This document shows positions 1 to 13,114 of a DNA stretch of 64,000 bases, in pieces; the first letter of the stretch is position 1, and every line of letters begins with the position of its first letter. Below the pieces are notes generated by a model. The model did not search any database. It had not been told where the DNA came from and saw only the letters and a program-made list of their open reading frames with translations. This DNA comes from Podarcis liolepis (taxonomy: Eukaryota): the NCBI GenBank assembly GCA_965112155.1, contig OZ218101.1; one strand, given 5' to 3'. Position numbers and translations under genes: made by a program.

Positions 1-949
1 ATTGTGCTATTGTTTAAATGGCCATATATTCTGAAATGATAGAGAAATGATCCATAGCCGCTTAATTACATAGGGGGAGATTTGCTGACTTTCATTTCAC
101 TTCAGCCTGGGGATTCACCACCTCTTAAGTGTGTAAACAAGTCAGAGACTGAAGTGAGGGTGTTATTATAAAAATTACTGGTTGTGTAAATGAGCATTTC
201 GTACAAACCATCTTTAGCAGACTTGTAGTGGTTCAGCTACCTTATTTTGTTTACAGAATATACCACCCTCTCGCAAAACATCAGGGGAATGCACAGCAAC
301 AAAAAACATTTAAAAGCAATACGAAACAATCACTAAAACGACTGACCACTTTGTCAAGCAGTTTCAAAATAAACATGATGAACAGATCAAGATTCCTTTG
401 CCCTGGATGAAAATCATCAACACTTGCTCGATTTGTGAGAAATTCTGGGCATCAGGCAACACTTACACGGCAGTAATATTTAACTTGTCTTTTCACTAGT
501 CAGCTTTCAGTGAACTTCCACCTAGTGCCTGAAATGTATAGATAGGCATAGATACCACACTATCCGCGTCTGCACATTTCAATCACTACACAGAAGTATA
601 GCTAGAACTTTTCAGAGCCAGCCCAAATGTTTTTTTACAGCCAGCCTGGTGTGTACAGGATGCAACAGCCGGCAAGTTTAGCATCCAGGTGAGAAGGGCA
701 ATGTTCAACAGAAGGAAATATAATCCAGAACAGACTGCTTTCCTTGGCTTCAGGGAAAGACTTGCTAGCTTAGCGCCAACTACCAAATCTGATGTGAAAG
801 CAGCTGGGTTCTTGTTATGAGACACGGGGACACGACCAGAAACACTAGCTTAGCCAGCACTAGCACCTTTGCTAAACATAATGCCCCCACCTGTCACCAT
901 CTAGAAATTTCTCCAGGTGACCCAAAAACTTGTCCTTCTGCTTTTGGGG

Positions 950-1105
950 TGCACTGCTCTGGTTCGCCAGAAGCGACTTACGTCATACTGGCCACATGAC
1001 CAGGAAGCTGTACGCCGGCTCCCTCGGCCAGTAAAGCAAGATGAGCTCCGCAACCCCAGAGTCGTCCGCAACTGGACCTAACGGTCAGGGGTCCCTTTAC
1101 CTTTA
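950..1105 (+). mobile_element. Sauria SINE 3' part
   Basis: ...CCAGAGTCGTCCGCAACTGGACCTAACGGTCAGGGGTCCCTTTACCTTTA; (ACCTTT)n tail. Confidence 0.85.
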
Positions 1106-2248
1106 TCCTCAGAGTAATTTCTGCATCTCTTAAGCTGCAGAAGGGAGTGACATGCGAAGAGTTGGTAGGCAGTTAATGAATTTAAGAAGAACATGCCTTT
1201 CAGCTTGTTTACCATACAGGGAAGAGGTGGGAGCGAATACTCATTTGTTATAACAAAGATCAAGAGATTTTACCTAGAAAACAGAGTTACTTCTCTCCCT
1301 CTGAAAGCCAAAACAAACAAACAAAACAAAGCACACGACTTGTACCACCTGGCTGTGCCCAAGGCAATAGTGATTCAGCAAACAAATTCTAGTCAGTGTA
1401 GGCTACTTCCCTATTTATAGAAAACATTGTATGATCACACGTCAGCATATAATTTTAATAAAAGGCACTGGCAGGATGCAGTGGTCAATAAATATATTTT
1501 TTTTACCAGAAAGCTAGGAAAGCAGGTAGGAGGGGAAAAAGAGAAGGAAACTCCCAGTGCTTGAACAAAGATTTATTTCAGGCCTGACGCATTTTAGAAC
1601 AATCCTTCTATGGGGGGGGGGGTGTTACTATAAATATACAAGTAATACATATGTAAACAAGAAATTGCAGTAGTAAAATAGGTGCTCATTGATTCATACT
1701 GGATGAATCTGAAACAGAATTGTCAAATTACTTAAAATAATTCCCCCCCCCCCAAAAAAAACCCAACAACTTAGAATACATTTTAAGAAAGCAAGGCAAG
1801 GAGAAGCAGAAGCAGGGGAGAAGTAGAATGGCAACAGCACCCTCCTGGCAGTACCATGTTTGCTAGGATGAGATTGGAGGAGGAACAGGTTGGCAGTGGC
1901 ATCCTGAGGGGCTGCAGCCACCAACCCAGGGCTCCCCCAGCTTCACCCCACCACCACTGAAGTGCCACTGCCACTCTCTCCTCCTCTTGTGCCACACCTG
2001 GCAAGGATTACATCTCCACGTGGCCTACTGGAAAGACCAGTTGACACAGACCTTAGTCCACCTTCTCTCCTCTTGTTACCTTGGGTAAAGAACTCAGGAG
2101 CCAAGATTGGCCCAGAGGCCTCTAATAACTTCCATCTATTGTCCGATCTCACATTTGACCCAAATTAAATCACCATTGGGAAGGGCTCAGATATGTCAAA
2201 TGTGGTGGGTATGGGAAGGAAGAAATGTGTCCCGTTGAAATTATTTTA

Positions 2249-2460
2249 CAGTGGTACCTCAGGTTACAGACGCTTCAGGTTACAGACTCCACTAACCCAG
2301 AAAGAGTACCTCAGGTTAAGAACTTTGCTTCAGGATGAGAACAGAAATCGTGCGGTGGCAGTAGGCCCCATTAGCTAAAGTGGTACCTCAGGTTAAGAAC
2401 AGTTTCAGGTTAAGAGCGGACCTCCAGAACGAATTAAGTTCTTAACCTGAGGTACCACTG
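2249..2460 (+). mobile_element. Tc1/mariner (Tigger/pogo-like) MITE family A, copy 1
   Basis: TIR CAGTGGTACCTC...GAGGTACCACTG, TA target, internal TCAGGTTA repeats. Confidence 0.9.
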
Positions 2461-2589
2461 TTCTACTATTAGCCAAATTTCTAGAGATGACAGCATTGGT
2501 GTGTGGCAAAACAAACAAACAAACAAAACAAAAAAACACCCAGGGTGAAAACAGTAACTATAGAATACCCTATCATTGTTTTCATTGTA

Positions 2590-2831
2590 CAGTCATACTT
2601 TGGAAGTCAAACAGAATCCGTTCCGGAAGTCCATTCGACTTAACAAAGCATTAGACTTCCGAATCGAAGCTTCTGATTGGCTGCAGGAGCTTCCTGGAAG
2701 CTGCAGAAGCCCCGTCAGGCGTTCGGCTTCCAAAAGAATGTTTGAAAACCGGAACAGTCACTTCCAGTTTTCGATCGTTCGGGAGCCAAGACGTCTGAGT
2801 TCCAGGGTGTTTGACAACCAAGGTACGACTG
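2590..2831 (+). mobile_element. Tc1/mariner MITE family B
   Basis: TIR CAGTC(G/A)TAC(C/T)TTGG...CCAAGGTACGACTG; TA TSD; internal GATTGGCTGCAGG palindrome. Confidence 0.85.
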
Positions 2832-3591
2832 TATGTTCCAGCGTAGCCTAATCTGAAAGACCCAAGCTTTTGTCCTTATCTGGCTCTCATATTCAGGACA
2901 GTTAGAGAATACACAATAGAGATATATTTCCACCCTTGCATGTCAACTGCTGTATTAGGACACTATCCTGGCTGTAAACAGGGACTTTCCCTCCACGTAA
3001 CGTAAGAATTTATTTTTAAAAAGATTTATAGACTGCTTAATAATAAAACTCTCCAATTATCAAATTTTTAAAAAGCAAAAATAGACAGAATGGTCCAAAC
3101 ACAAGTATAGATAATTACTAATAAAACAGAAAACACAATCAGCAAAAGGTTTTAAAACAAAGATTAGCTAAATTTGGTTCTCATATTGGAGATTTCTCAT
3201 TTCAAGCTGCTGTATTTCTTCCTTACAGTTGTAGACTAACAGACTAACTGCATGTTATACTCTAACATATGTTATAATGCCCTGGCATAGCGTGTGTGGT
3301 GTTTTTTTTTATTTAACCCAGTCTCTTTTGGAAAGAGAAATATAGAGCAGGGCGTGGTGAGAGAAGGGAATTTAGAGCAGAGATGTCTGTAGGGTGTGGT
3401 GAAACGGAACCATTTCCCCACCCCAAATCATCCTCTCATATGACTTCCTCTCCCATGCGTGGTTCAAAAACCCATGTTTGCCAAAAGACTACTGGAAATT
3501 CTACTTCCCTTATAAAGCAGTGCACATAAATTCTCCCATGTGACTTCTATGCTAGAACTATAACTGAATAGGATTTTACCACTGCATAAAG

Positions 3592-3820
3592 CATGGGTAG
3601 GCAAGCTAAGGCCCAGGGGCCGGATCTGGCCCAATCGCCTTGGGTACGGGAATCAGTGTGTTTTTACATGAGTAGAATGTGTCCTTTTATTTAAAATGCA
3701 TCTCTGGGTTATTTGTGGGGCATAGGAATTCGTTCATCCCCCCCCAATATAGTCTGCCCCCCCAAAAAGGTCTGAGGGACAGTGGATCAGCCCCCTGCTG
3801 AAAAGCTTTGCTGACCCCTG
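3592..3820 (+). mobile_element. hAT MITE
   Basis: CATGGGTAGGCAAGCT...TTTGCTGACCCCTG; perfect 8-bp TSD GCATAAAG. Confidence 0.85.
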
Positions 3821-4271
3821 GCATAAAGGCTGGACACAGATGCAGACACCAGCCCATCCAGGTTTTGTATTTGTTTTTTTTACTTGCAATAAAAGCTCAT
3901 ACTGTTACCTATCAGGCAATCAGTTTTGCAACATCTCCCTCTGCTGATAGAGTGCCTAATGTACTGTCTTTCTGTGTCAACATTGTATATGCTGTATCCT
4001 CTGGTTATTCAACACATTAGTCTGATTTGCTTCCTTTCTTATTCTCACCAGCCTGTATAAAACCTTGCATGTTGGTCATCTTTGAATACAGGTTTATTCC
4101 ATGTGTATATTTAGGAACTGGCCAGCAGAGGCCTTCCCTATTTCTACTGCTATTTTTATAAATATAACGTTGTTTAGTATTAGACAACCTTAATTTTAAC
4201 TCTGACAGCTTAAGGAGGTAGGAATACAGACTAAGAGATTCACTCGCTCACAGAACTACTATTTCTGTATA

Positions 4272-4510
4272 CAGTGGTACCTCGGGTTACCACTTCAGGT
4301 TACATACGCTTCAGGTTACAGACTCCGCTAACCCAGAAATAGTGCTTCAGGTTAGGCACTTTGCTTCAGGATGAGAACAGAAATCGTGCTCCGGCGGTGC
4401 GGCAGCAGCAGGAGGCCCCATTAGCTAAAGTGGTGCTTCAGGTTAAGAACAGTTTCAGGTTAAGTATGGACCTCCGGAACAAATTAAGTACTTAACCCAA
4501 GGTACCACTG
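4272..4510 (+). mobile_element. MITE family A, copy 2
   Basis: TIRs plus TA TSD. Confidence 0.9.
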
Positions 4511-5224
4511 TACCAGGGAATGAGGGAAGATGTAAGATTGCCATTTCCCTCCTCCCATTAAAACTTGCTTTCTTTCTAGCATAGATCTGCATGCAAGCTT
4601 TGCCAGGGACAGATAAGATACATTTATAAATTAATAGCTATCTATAAGATATCTTGCCCACTTTAAGGTCCCAGGAAGGGTGGCAGCAATATAACCAGAC
4701 CATTTTTATTGCACTTAGTGCAATTTTATGTGAAGTACACACCTCCTTGCTGTATTTTTTTAAAATGAAAGTAGTTTATAAATATTTGCATAAACAAAAT
4801 AAAAGTAAGAAAAAGAGTTTATATACAATTATAAAAAAACAAGTTTAACATATACAAGCAAGAACAACACAGTAGAGATGAAACAAATTAATCTCCCATC
4901 ATCCTTGACCATTGGGCATGCTGGGGGGAGTTGCAGTCCCGCCACATTTTCTAGGTGGCCACAGGTTCTCATCCCTGATCCAAAATGCTCCTGCACTAAC
5001 AAAGGGAGACTTTTTGCATTGTTCTAATGATTTAAGTTTGCAGTATGAAGGGGCAGAGAGGCTGCTTTGTTGGTCTACGTTTACTCATCTCCCCAAGAGT
5101 AAATTTGAGGGAAAGACTGGTCTATTTTGTTTAATGTGAACAATATTCTGCCCCCCCTTGGGGTAGGTTTGGGGTGAAACGGGGAGCGATTCTTCCTAGG
5201 ACAGATGAGAGGCCTGGGAAGGTT

Positions 5225-5785
5225 ATGCGCTCTACGTGGGGCTACCTTTGAAGGTGACCCGGAAACTACAACTAATCCAGAATGTGGCAGCTAGACTGGT
5301 GACTGGGAGCAGCCGCCGAGACCATATAACACCGGTCTTGAAAGACCTACTCTGGCTCCCAGTATGTTTCCGAGCACAATTCAAAGTGTTGGTGCTGACC
5401 TTTAAAGCCCTAAACGGCCTCAGTCCAGTATATCTGAAGGCGCGTCTCCACCCCCATTGTTCTACCCGGACACTGAGGTCCAGCACCGTGGGCCTTCTGG
5501 CATTTCCCTCACTGTGAGAAGCCAAGTTACAGGGAACCAGGCAGAGGGCCTTCTCGGTAGTGGCACCCTCCCTGTGGAATGCCCTCCCACCAGATGCCAA
5601 AGAGAACAACAACTACCAGACTTTTAGAAGACATCTGAAGGCAGCCCTGTTTAGGGAAGCTTTTAATGGTTGATGCATTACAGTATTTTAATATTTTTTT
5701 TGGAAGCCGCCCAGAGTGGCTGGGGAAGCCCAGCCAGATGGGCGGGGTACAAATAATAAATTATTATTATATTATTATTATTATT
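5225..5785 (+). mobile_element. L2-clade LINE 3' end
   Basis: GLPLKVTRKLQLIQNVAARLVTG...HITPVLKDLLWLPV...FKVLVLTFKALNG; (ATT)n tail. Confidence 0.88.
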
Positions 5786-6699
5786 GCAGGAAAGTCAAAA
5801 GGACACTCAGCTGTAAATCCAAAGTAGAGGGCAGCAGTGGAGGAGCCCTTGGAAACCCAAAATTGTCTGTTGGGTAGGGCTCTGTTCCTTACTAATCAAC
5901 TTAGGACAAGACCTAAGACAAGTTTTATAAAATATTCACAAGAAAGTACAATACCATTCTTGCAATAGATGAAAAACGTAGACATGTGGTTTGTTTGAAA
6001 AAGTCATTGTAAGCAACAACTGCCTAGCGAAAAAGGATTAAAATGGTAACACAGAGGCAAGGGTGGAAGAAAGCTATTTTCAACAGCATGGAAAAGCCAA
6101 ACCGGTTTAATTTATGCCCTTTTGCAATTGCTCCGGGAAAGGACTTTCTTTCGCTTCACAAGCTGCTGCCTGTGAGAATTTATCTTAGCGGCAAGTCCCT
6201 ACTATCCTGAATCTGCTGTGTCCTCAAAGTCACAAGGAAATTACACTAAACTTACACTAAAAGTTCCACCGAAGTTACAGTGACTTAAACACACATATCT
6301 GTGGGCACAAGATTATTTCAAGCAGTACTAGAGAAAAGCCAAAACTGGCTTCCTAAAAGAAACAACCCACGCTGCTGAAATAATCATGCATATATGGCAT
6401 GATTCAGAGGCCTAGAGTGGACAATGACTCACATGCCCAGGGTAGGTAGCACATCCCCAATGCCTGGAGTAGTTTTGAATATGGTTTTAAAAAAATAATA
6501 ATTAAAAAAACTTCAGAAGTACATGGGGGAGAAAAGCGTGTGTCCATATATCTGTGCATGGAGCCCTTAAAAAAAAGGCACTACACCGAAAAGAAGTGCA
6601 TAGATACTTCCCCAATCCCCGCTCTGTGAAAAACAGCCAGTTTTAGTTTCCTTTGTTATTGAAACTGAATAAACTTGTGTGGGACTAGAAAGGGCCTTA

Positions 6700-6930
6700 C
6701 AGTGGTACCTTGGGTTACAGACGCTTCAGGTTACAGAGACTTCATGTTACAGACTCTGCTAACCCAGAAATAGTACCTCAGGTTAAGAACTTTACCTCAG
6801 GATGAGAACAGAAATCGTGTGGCGGCAGCGGGAGACCCCATTAGCTAAAGTGATACCTCAGGTTCAGAACAGTTTCAGGTTAAGAACGGACCTCCAGAAT
6901 GAATTAAGTTCTTAACCTGAGGTACCACTG
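6700..6930 (+). mobile_element. MITE family A, copy 3
   Basis: TIRs plus TA TSD. Confidence 0.9.
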
Positions 6931-7930
6931 TACACAAGACTTAATACTACCCTAACAGCATCCTCTGCTCCTCTACCTCCCAATTGCATTTGTAGTTATC
7001 AACACACCACTGGCTGAATGGAAGCCCATGGCCAGCATGGTGTGGAAGGGGATGTAAATACCATTGCTTTTCAGAAGTGATGGCCTATGGGCAGCCCAAG
7101 TAATCCCAACCCCCCAAGCTATCCTGCAAACTGAATAATATTCCTAAGCGACACAAGATCCAACAAAAGCAGTTGAACAGCTCCCTTTCCAGTCCCCAAA
7201 GGGCTTAACGGCAGCAAGTCTCTCAAATGGGACATTATTCAACTAGTCTCACTTCTGTCTAGAACTGTGTGCCTGTGTAGCCTCATTAACGGTTATTTCT
7301 GAAATTATTAAACGACACGCCAGGCATGCAAACTGAAAGAAGATTTAGCTTACAAGTACAGAGTTTGCAAGCAAACTGATGGCACCCCTGAATGAAAAGA
7401 AATAAATAAAATGCGACAATACTCACGCTGTCGCTCTGCCAGCAGCACAAGACCTGTCAACTGGACCAATGCCACATATAGTTTTGTGCTGAATATTCTG
7501 TGTTCCACAGCTTCTCTGTGGTCATTACTGGCAGTGGTGATAAAAGGCAGCATGACTTGACAAACCACTTCCTATTATTTTTTTAACATGGATATGCATC
7601 AAAAGCTTCTTTACTTAAAAGAAAGATGCAAAATACGTCTATTGTAGTATTGGAAACGTTTCAAACTTTAGTTTCAAACCCCGTGTCCAGAGCAAAGGAA
7701 AGCCTCCTCCTCCACGAAAATGGGCCTTTTCTTTCTCTCTACACACAAAAAACCTCCCCCACCAACCAAAATTATATTTTAAAACACACCAAATTGCAGA
7801 ATGCACAAAAATGTCTTCATTTCCTACAAAAGCGACACAAAATTTTTGGTGCCAAAGCTATCCAATTATTAGAAGCACTGGGAAAGGCACCATTTTTTTT
7901 TATCACAGGGTTTTATGGGCATTTCCTTTC

Positions 7931-8336
7931 AACAACAACAACAACAACAACAATAATAACAATAATTTATTTATTTATTCCCCAGCCGCTCTGGGTGGCT
8001 CCCAACAGAATATTAAAAACACGATAAAACATCAAACATTAAAAACATTAGACAGGCTGCCTTCAGATGTCTGCTAAAAGTCAGATAGTTGTTTATTTCC
8101 TTGACATCTGATGGGGGGCGTTTCACAGGGCGGGCGCCACTACTGAGAAGGCCTTTTGCCTGGTTCCCTGTAACCTCACTTCTCGCAGGGAGGGAACCGC
8201 CAGAAGGCCCTCAGCGCTGGACCTCAGTGTCTGGGCTGAACGATGAGGGTGGAAATGCTCCTTCGGGTATAGTGGGCCGAGGCCGTTTAGGGCTTTAAAG
8301 GTCAGCACCAACACTGTGAATTGTGCTCGGAAACGT
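7931..8336 (-). mobile_element. L2-clade LINE 3' end
   Basis: Same family as 5225-5785 in reverse; (TTA/TTG)n tail. Confidence 0.85.
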
Positions 8337-8873
8337 TTGCCTCCTTCTTCGTATTCTTGCTTGGAGATCCACATCTTGTACGTAAGAACTTCATGTACAG
8401 CAGCTACCCTAAGTTCCTTGAAGGATATAGATGTTGTTACGTAAAATGAACAGTGGCAAATGGTCCCCCTGTACCTGAAGTGGTAGTGGCTTCTGGAATA
8501 TGGCAGAAGGAACCAAAGCCCCAAAGGCAGGGGGAGCCAAGGTCAGCTCCGCTGAAGCCACATGTGACCCAGAAGCCCCAAACGTAGGTCTCGGTGGATG
8601 TTCTCATATCTTAAGTCCCCTACATCTTTTGCAATGAAGGGGGCACATCTCTTTTGACTGTGCATTGCAGCTGAGTGAGGCAGCAATTGGTTTTTTTTTA
8701 GCCTAGTCCACTCCTCAGAATATCCCATCAAGCCTAATTCTTGAGATTGACCAAGTGAAGGAAACCAACATCCACAAGGCTATTTTCTATCAGATATTTC
8801 ATTATGAGAAGATCCCAAAGACAACTTTCTACAGGTGAGAGCTGGTGGTTATGCATCAAATATATGACCTATA

Positions 8874-9115
8874 CAGTGGCACCTCGGGTTAAGTACTTAA
8901 TTCGTTCTGGAGGTCCGTTCTTAACCTGAAACCGTTCTTAACCTGAAGCACCACTTTAGCTAATGGGGCCTCCTGCTGCCGCTGCGCAGCCAGAGCACGA
9001 TTTCTGTTCTCATCCTGAAGCAAAGTTCTTAACCCGAGGTAATATTTCTGGGTTAGCGGAGTCTGTAACCTGAAGTGTATGTAACCTGAAGTGTATGTAA
9101 CCCAAGGTACCACTG
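8874..9115 (-). mobile_element. MITE family A, copy 4 (reverse)
   Basis: TIRs plus TA TSD. Confidence 0.9.
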
Positions 9116-11339
9116 TAGTTTGATGGTGGTTTTGAAGGGATCCCTTGTAAGAATTATGACAATTCAGAAGGATCCATCAGTTTCTTCCCCTCTTATCTCT
9201 CTCTCCCCAGTGACTCTGTTTCCCTTCCTTTAGTCTCCCTCTCTCCCTCCCTCCTTTTCTCCACTCTTGGTTATTCTGCTTTCTGCTCAGGTGCAGATAT
9301 GAGTCTTGAAAACCACAGAGCTGAAAGAGGATATGGAAAAGAGCAACAGTCTTCCCACTTCCTCTTCCAGCTCTTATGTTCTTTTCAAGGAGGGGGGGAG
9401 AGAGGGTAGCAACAGTCATGAAAAAGGCAGCAATGCCTAGGGAGCAATTGAGGCTTCTCACAAGCATCAGGGAAAGTCCCCGCGGGCACTACTGCAAGCC
9501 TAGGACCGTGTTGGCAACACCAACAATTATAGTGACACTCCTCTGTAAGGTCCTTCATAGATCATGCTTCTGCTGGATTTCACAGCAGAAATGTCACTCT
9601 TTTAATTTAAGATTATGAGGTGCTTTAAAGGGTTTGGGGGGGTTTTTAGGTGGAGGAAACAGGGAATGTGTTTATTTGTTAAGTTAGTTAAAAAGCTTGC
9701 TTTTTGAATTGCATTGCTCTTCTACCCTCAGAATAACAAAGTTAACTGAATATAAATTAAATAAGGACTTGAACAGTCCCTCAGTGAAAACACTCAATAC
9801 TTTTAAAATCTTTGGGCATGATGTAGCTTTTTTAAAAAAAGATCATATAATCCTATTAGTTTTCATGGGATAATTAATTATATGCTTTTCACTTTTGATA
9901 TCAGCAAGACTAAAAGCAGCCTTACTTTGGTTGCATTCCCCACATAATTCATAAGACGCAATTTTACGAACATGCTGCCTATTAAAAGAAGCCTATTCCT
10001 TTAAAATACAAAGTTCTGTTGTGCCTAAATTTCATAAGCCAGCCCCATTCTAATTGTTTCAACAGAAGCAGGCAGGAAAGACAGGATGTTGCTTCACAAT
10101 GACACTAAAAAAATTTGTGGTTTCAAGGAAAATGAAGACAAACTTACACTGCAAGGCAACTATGGCACCAGTGCCGTTAAATTTTATTTGTTATTAATTT
10201 TTACCCACCCTGTCTGGAGCAAGTTCTGCAAAGCCAGTGGAATAATCGGTAAGAAGTTCAAGGATCACAGTGCTGATTATGTAGACTAACAAAGTCATGC
10301 TCTCCGAGACTGGTTTTGCGGTATGAGACAGGAAAGGGCAAATATTTAGCCTGGTAAGACAGTACAAAGTCCGGCTGCCTCAACTCTGCCTCAGAATATC
10401 TCTTTGCCAAAAATGCACGAATGAAGCAGCTCGCACAGGGCATATTGGCATTGCTATGTTGGCTTAAGGCAGGTGTGGCCTTTAGCCCTCCAGATGTTGC
10501 TGAACTACAATTCCCATCATCCACGGCCTGTCATGACCCCTGCATCCAGCAGGGATCTGGATACAGAATCAGAGGCTGCAAAGGAATTGGGTCTGGGCCA
10601 AGGAGTGGACTGTGGGGCCCAGGTCCACTGTGCATGCAGTGGTTGGACAAGAACTCCCCAAGTTTTCTCAAAGCAGAGGCATTACCTTGGACACAGATGC
10701 ATTAAACACCTGTGCTTGCTTTTGTTTAAGCTACTTGCTCACTCAAGAGATGCCAGAGGTCCAACCTTGGGAGTTCCAGCATCAGACCAGAAAACAACAT
10801 AGCCTGAAGCAGGACCCAAAGGAGAACTCTAGCAACTTGTGGTTTTCACCTCAGGAGTTCCCTCTGCTGAAGAGGCAAGCCACCACTCAGCTGAAAAAGC
10901 AGCTTGTTTCTTCTGCAGCAGGGCCTTATGCAGTGAAACAGGGGCTCTCACTCGTGTCTCTTTTCCTTATAACAGGAGTCTGTCAAAACATCGTTCTGAG
11001 AACTGGAAAGAGCCGTATTTCGCAACACCGTTCCTCAATTATATGCTTGGCTGCGCTAGCATATTTCTTCTCGGTAAAGGCATAGTCCTCTTACTCAACC
11101 TATGCAGGAAATTTTCTTTGCCTTAAGGACATGAATTCCTGTCCTTATCACCCAGAGAAGGGTGAGGCCACATAGTTAGCCACCACTTGAATAAAAATTA
11201 TTTGCTTAATTTTAACACTCTTTCGGAGCGCTGTACTGCTTTTAAGCTATCCACAATGGCATTTGCAAGAACTGTGCTGAAGATGCAAACTGGTGTGGCG
11301 GTGGAGTTTTAGACACACAAAGGATGTGGCAAGTTCATG

Positions 11340-11760
11340 TGTCACAGTCTGGTTTACAGGCGGTCGAAGTACCGGCTGAGGACGTCGGGACCGGGGGCAA
11401 GATGGTGGGGTGGGAGCAGGAACGAGAGTCCAGAAGCCAGGGGCCCGAGGGTCAGGAAGCAGGGAGTCACGAAGTCAAGGGTCCGAGGGTCGAGAAGCAA
11501 GGAGTCAAGAACCCGAGGTCCGAGGATCAGGACGCAAGAAGCCAAACGCAGCAAGGCAGGAAACAAGTTGCTGTGACAAAGAGCTGAAGGGAAATGCTGC
11601 CTTTATATCCCTTCCCGGCTCTTGCCAGTAGGTGCAGTGAGTTACCATGCGGCCTCACCAGTGCGGCCGTGCCTTGCCTCCCCAGAACAAACTCAGGAAG
11701 GCCCCAGTCCTGCGAAGCCCTACTGGTCACAGGGCCTGGCTCCTGCACGCACTCCTGACA
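11340..11760 (-). mobile_element. Solo LTR (Gypsy-like), 421 bp
   Basis: TGTCA...TGACA termini; perfect 5-bp TSD TCATG (11335-11339, 11761-11765); TATAAA on the minus strand near 11602-11607; internal tandem subrepeats. Confidence 0.85.
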
Positions 11761-11838
11761 TCATGTGTCTCATTTGGGTGCCATGATGTGGCTGGCGGGG
11801 GATGCTTGGCAAAGCTCCGCTACTACCACTGCAATATA

Positions 11839-12064
11839 CAGTGGTACCTCGGGTTACATACGCTTCAGGTTACAGACTCCGCTAACCCACAAATAATACC
11901 TCAGGTTAAGAACTTTACTTCAGGATGAGAACAGAAATCGTGCTCCGGCGGCGCGGCAGCAGCAGGAGGCCCCATTAGCTAAAGTGGTGCATCAGGTTAA
12001 GAACAGTTTCAGGTTAAGAACGGACCTCTGGAATGAATTAAGTACTTAACCCGAGGTACCACTG
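11839..12064 (+). mobile_element. MITE family A, copy 5
   Basis: TIRs plus TA TSD. Confidence 0.9.
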
Positions 12065-13114
12065 TACATTTCAGCCTGAGGAATCTCACACCAACTACAT
12101 ACTTTTGATTATGTGGCCAGCCCAGTCTGTGCTATCTTCTGCACATTTGCTGAAGAGCTCTGAGTATGTAGGTTATAAGGATTGCCCTACTATAGAACTG
12201 CCTCTTTGTTATGAAATATAGCATCTTTCACAGCCCATAAACACATGCAGATGATGAGCAGATAGGGCTCAGAGGTCAACAGGAAAAAGATTTGTACTAT
12301 TGAATAAGCAGAACCTTGGGAGAAAGCCACATGTCTGGCAAGATAGGCAAGGGCCAATTCTTACTTTACGTAAAAAATAAAATTCAGGCATCCCCGATAA
12401 TGTGTAAGGCACCCCTCCCTTTTAAAAGCTTCCCTTGGAAGCAATGGCCTGATCCTTTCTCAGATGTTACTCCTGAGTTTCTAAAAGAGATCCATGACCA
12501 ATTCTAACAGATTTCCCCTCCCGATATATTTGAATATTTTGTACTACCGAGGTACGCACGCCCAAGAATGAAAGGGAAAGTGAGAATCACCCTGGAGGTA
12601 TGGTAAGGCATTGCTGCAACAACGCTGTCTTTCCACAGGTACAGGTAAAATAATCTGTGATGCCAGATAGATCCACTTTTACTGTAGCTTCCACAATCCT
12701 ACCACTGGGTGCCATCACAGCAGAAGCTATGAAAAGGAATGCAACGGAAACAGACGTGACTGAGAATGTCACAGGTCTCTGACTGCATCCTAAGGTCTGG
12801 TGAATCAACAAGCATAATATGTGTTCCTCAGATCATGGCCTAGTTAACTCCATGCCACACGAATGCTATCTGTTCATCATATATCAACAAAAGCTCTCTG
12901 AGGCAGATTAAAGCCTTGGTATTTCGTAATGAACCAGCTGCATTCAGAAACATGGCTGAAGTCTACAAGAACTTAGAAATCTTATCTACTTCCAGTGTAT
13001 ATGTCTAAATTCCCTTTGATACTGTGTTATGAGGCACAAAGCTCTAGATCGCTTATTTGCAGTTTTGCAAATGTAGAGGATAAAACAAAGGACTCATACA
13101 TTCAAAAAGCATTA

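Noticed and set aside
7427-7553. Minus-strand ATG-initiated frame ending at a GTGAGT donor as an alternative LIMS1 coding exon
   Set aside because: It ends in phase 1, incompatible with the phase-2 LIMS1 junction, and has no recognisable homology. A non-coding exon is not excluded.
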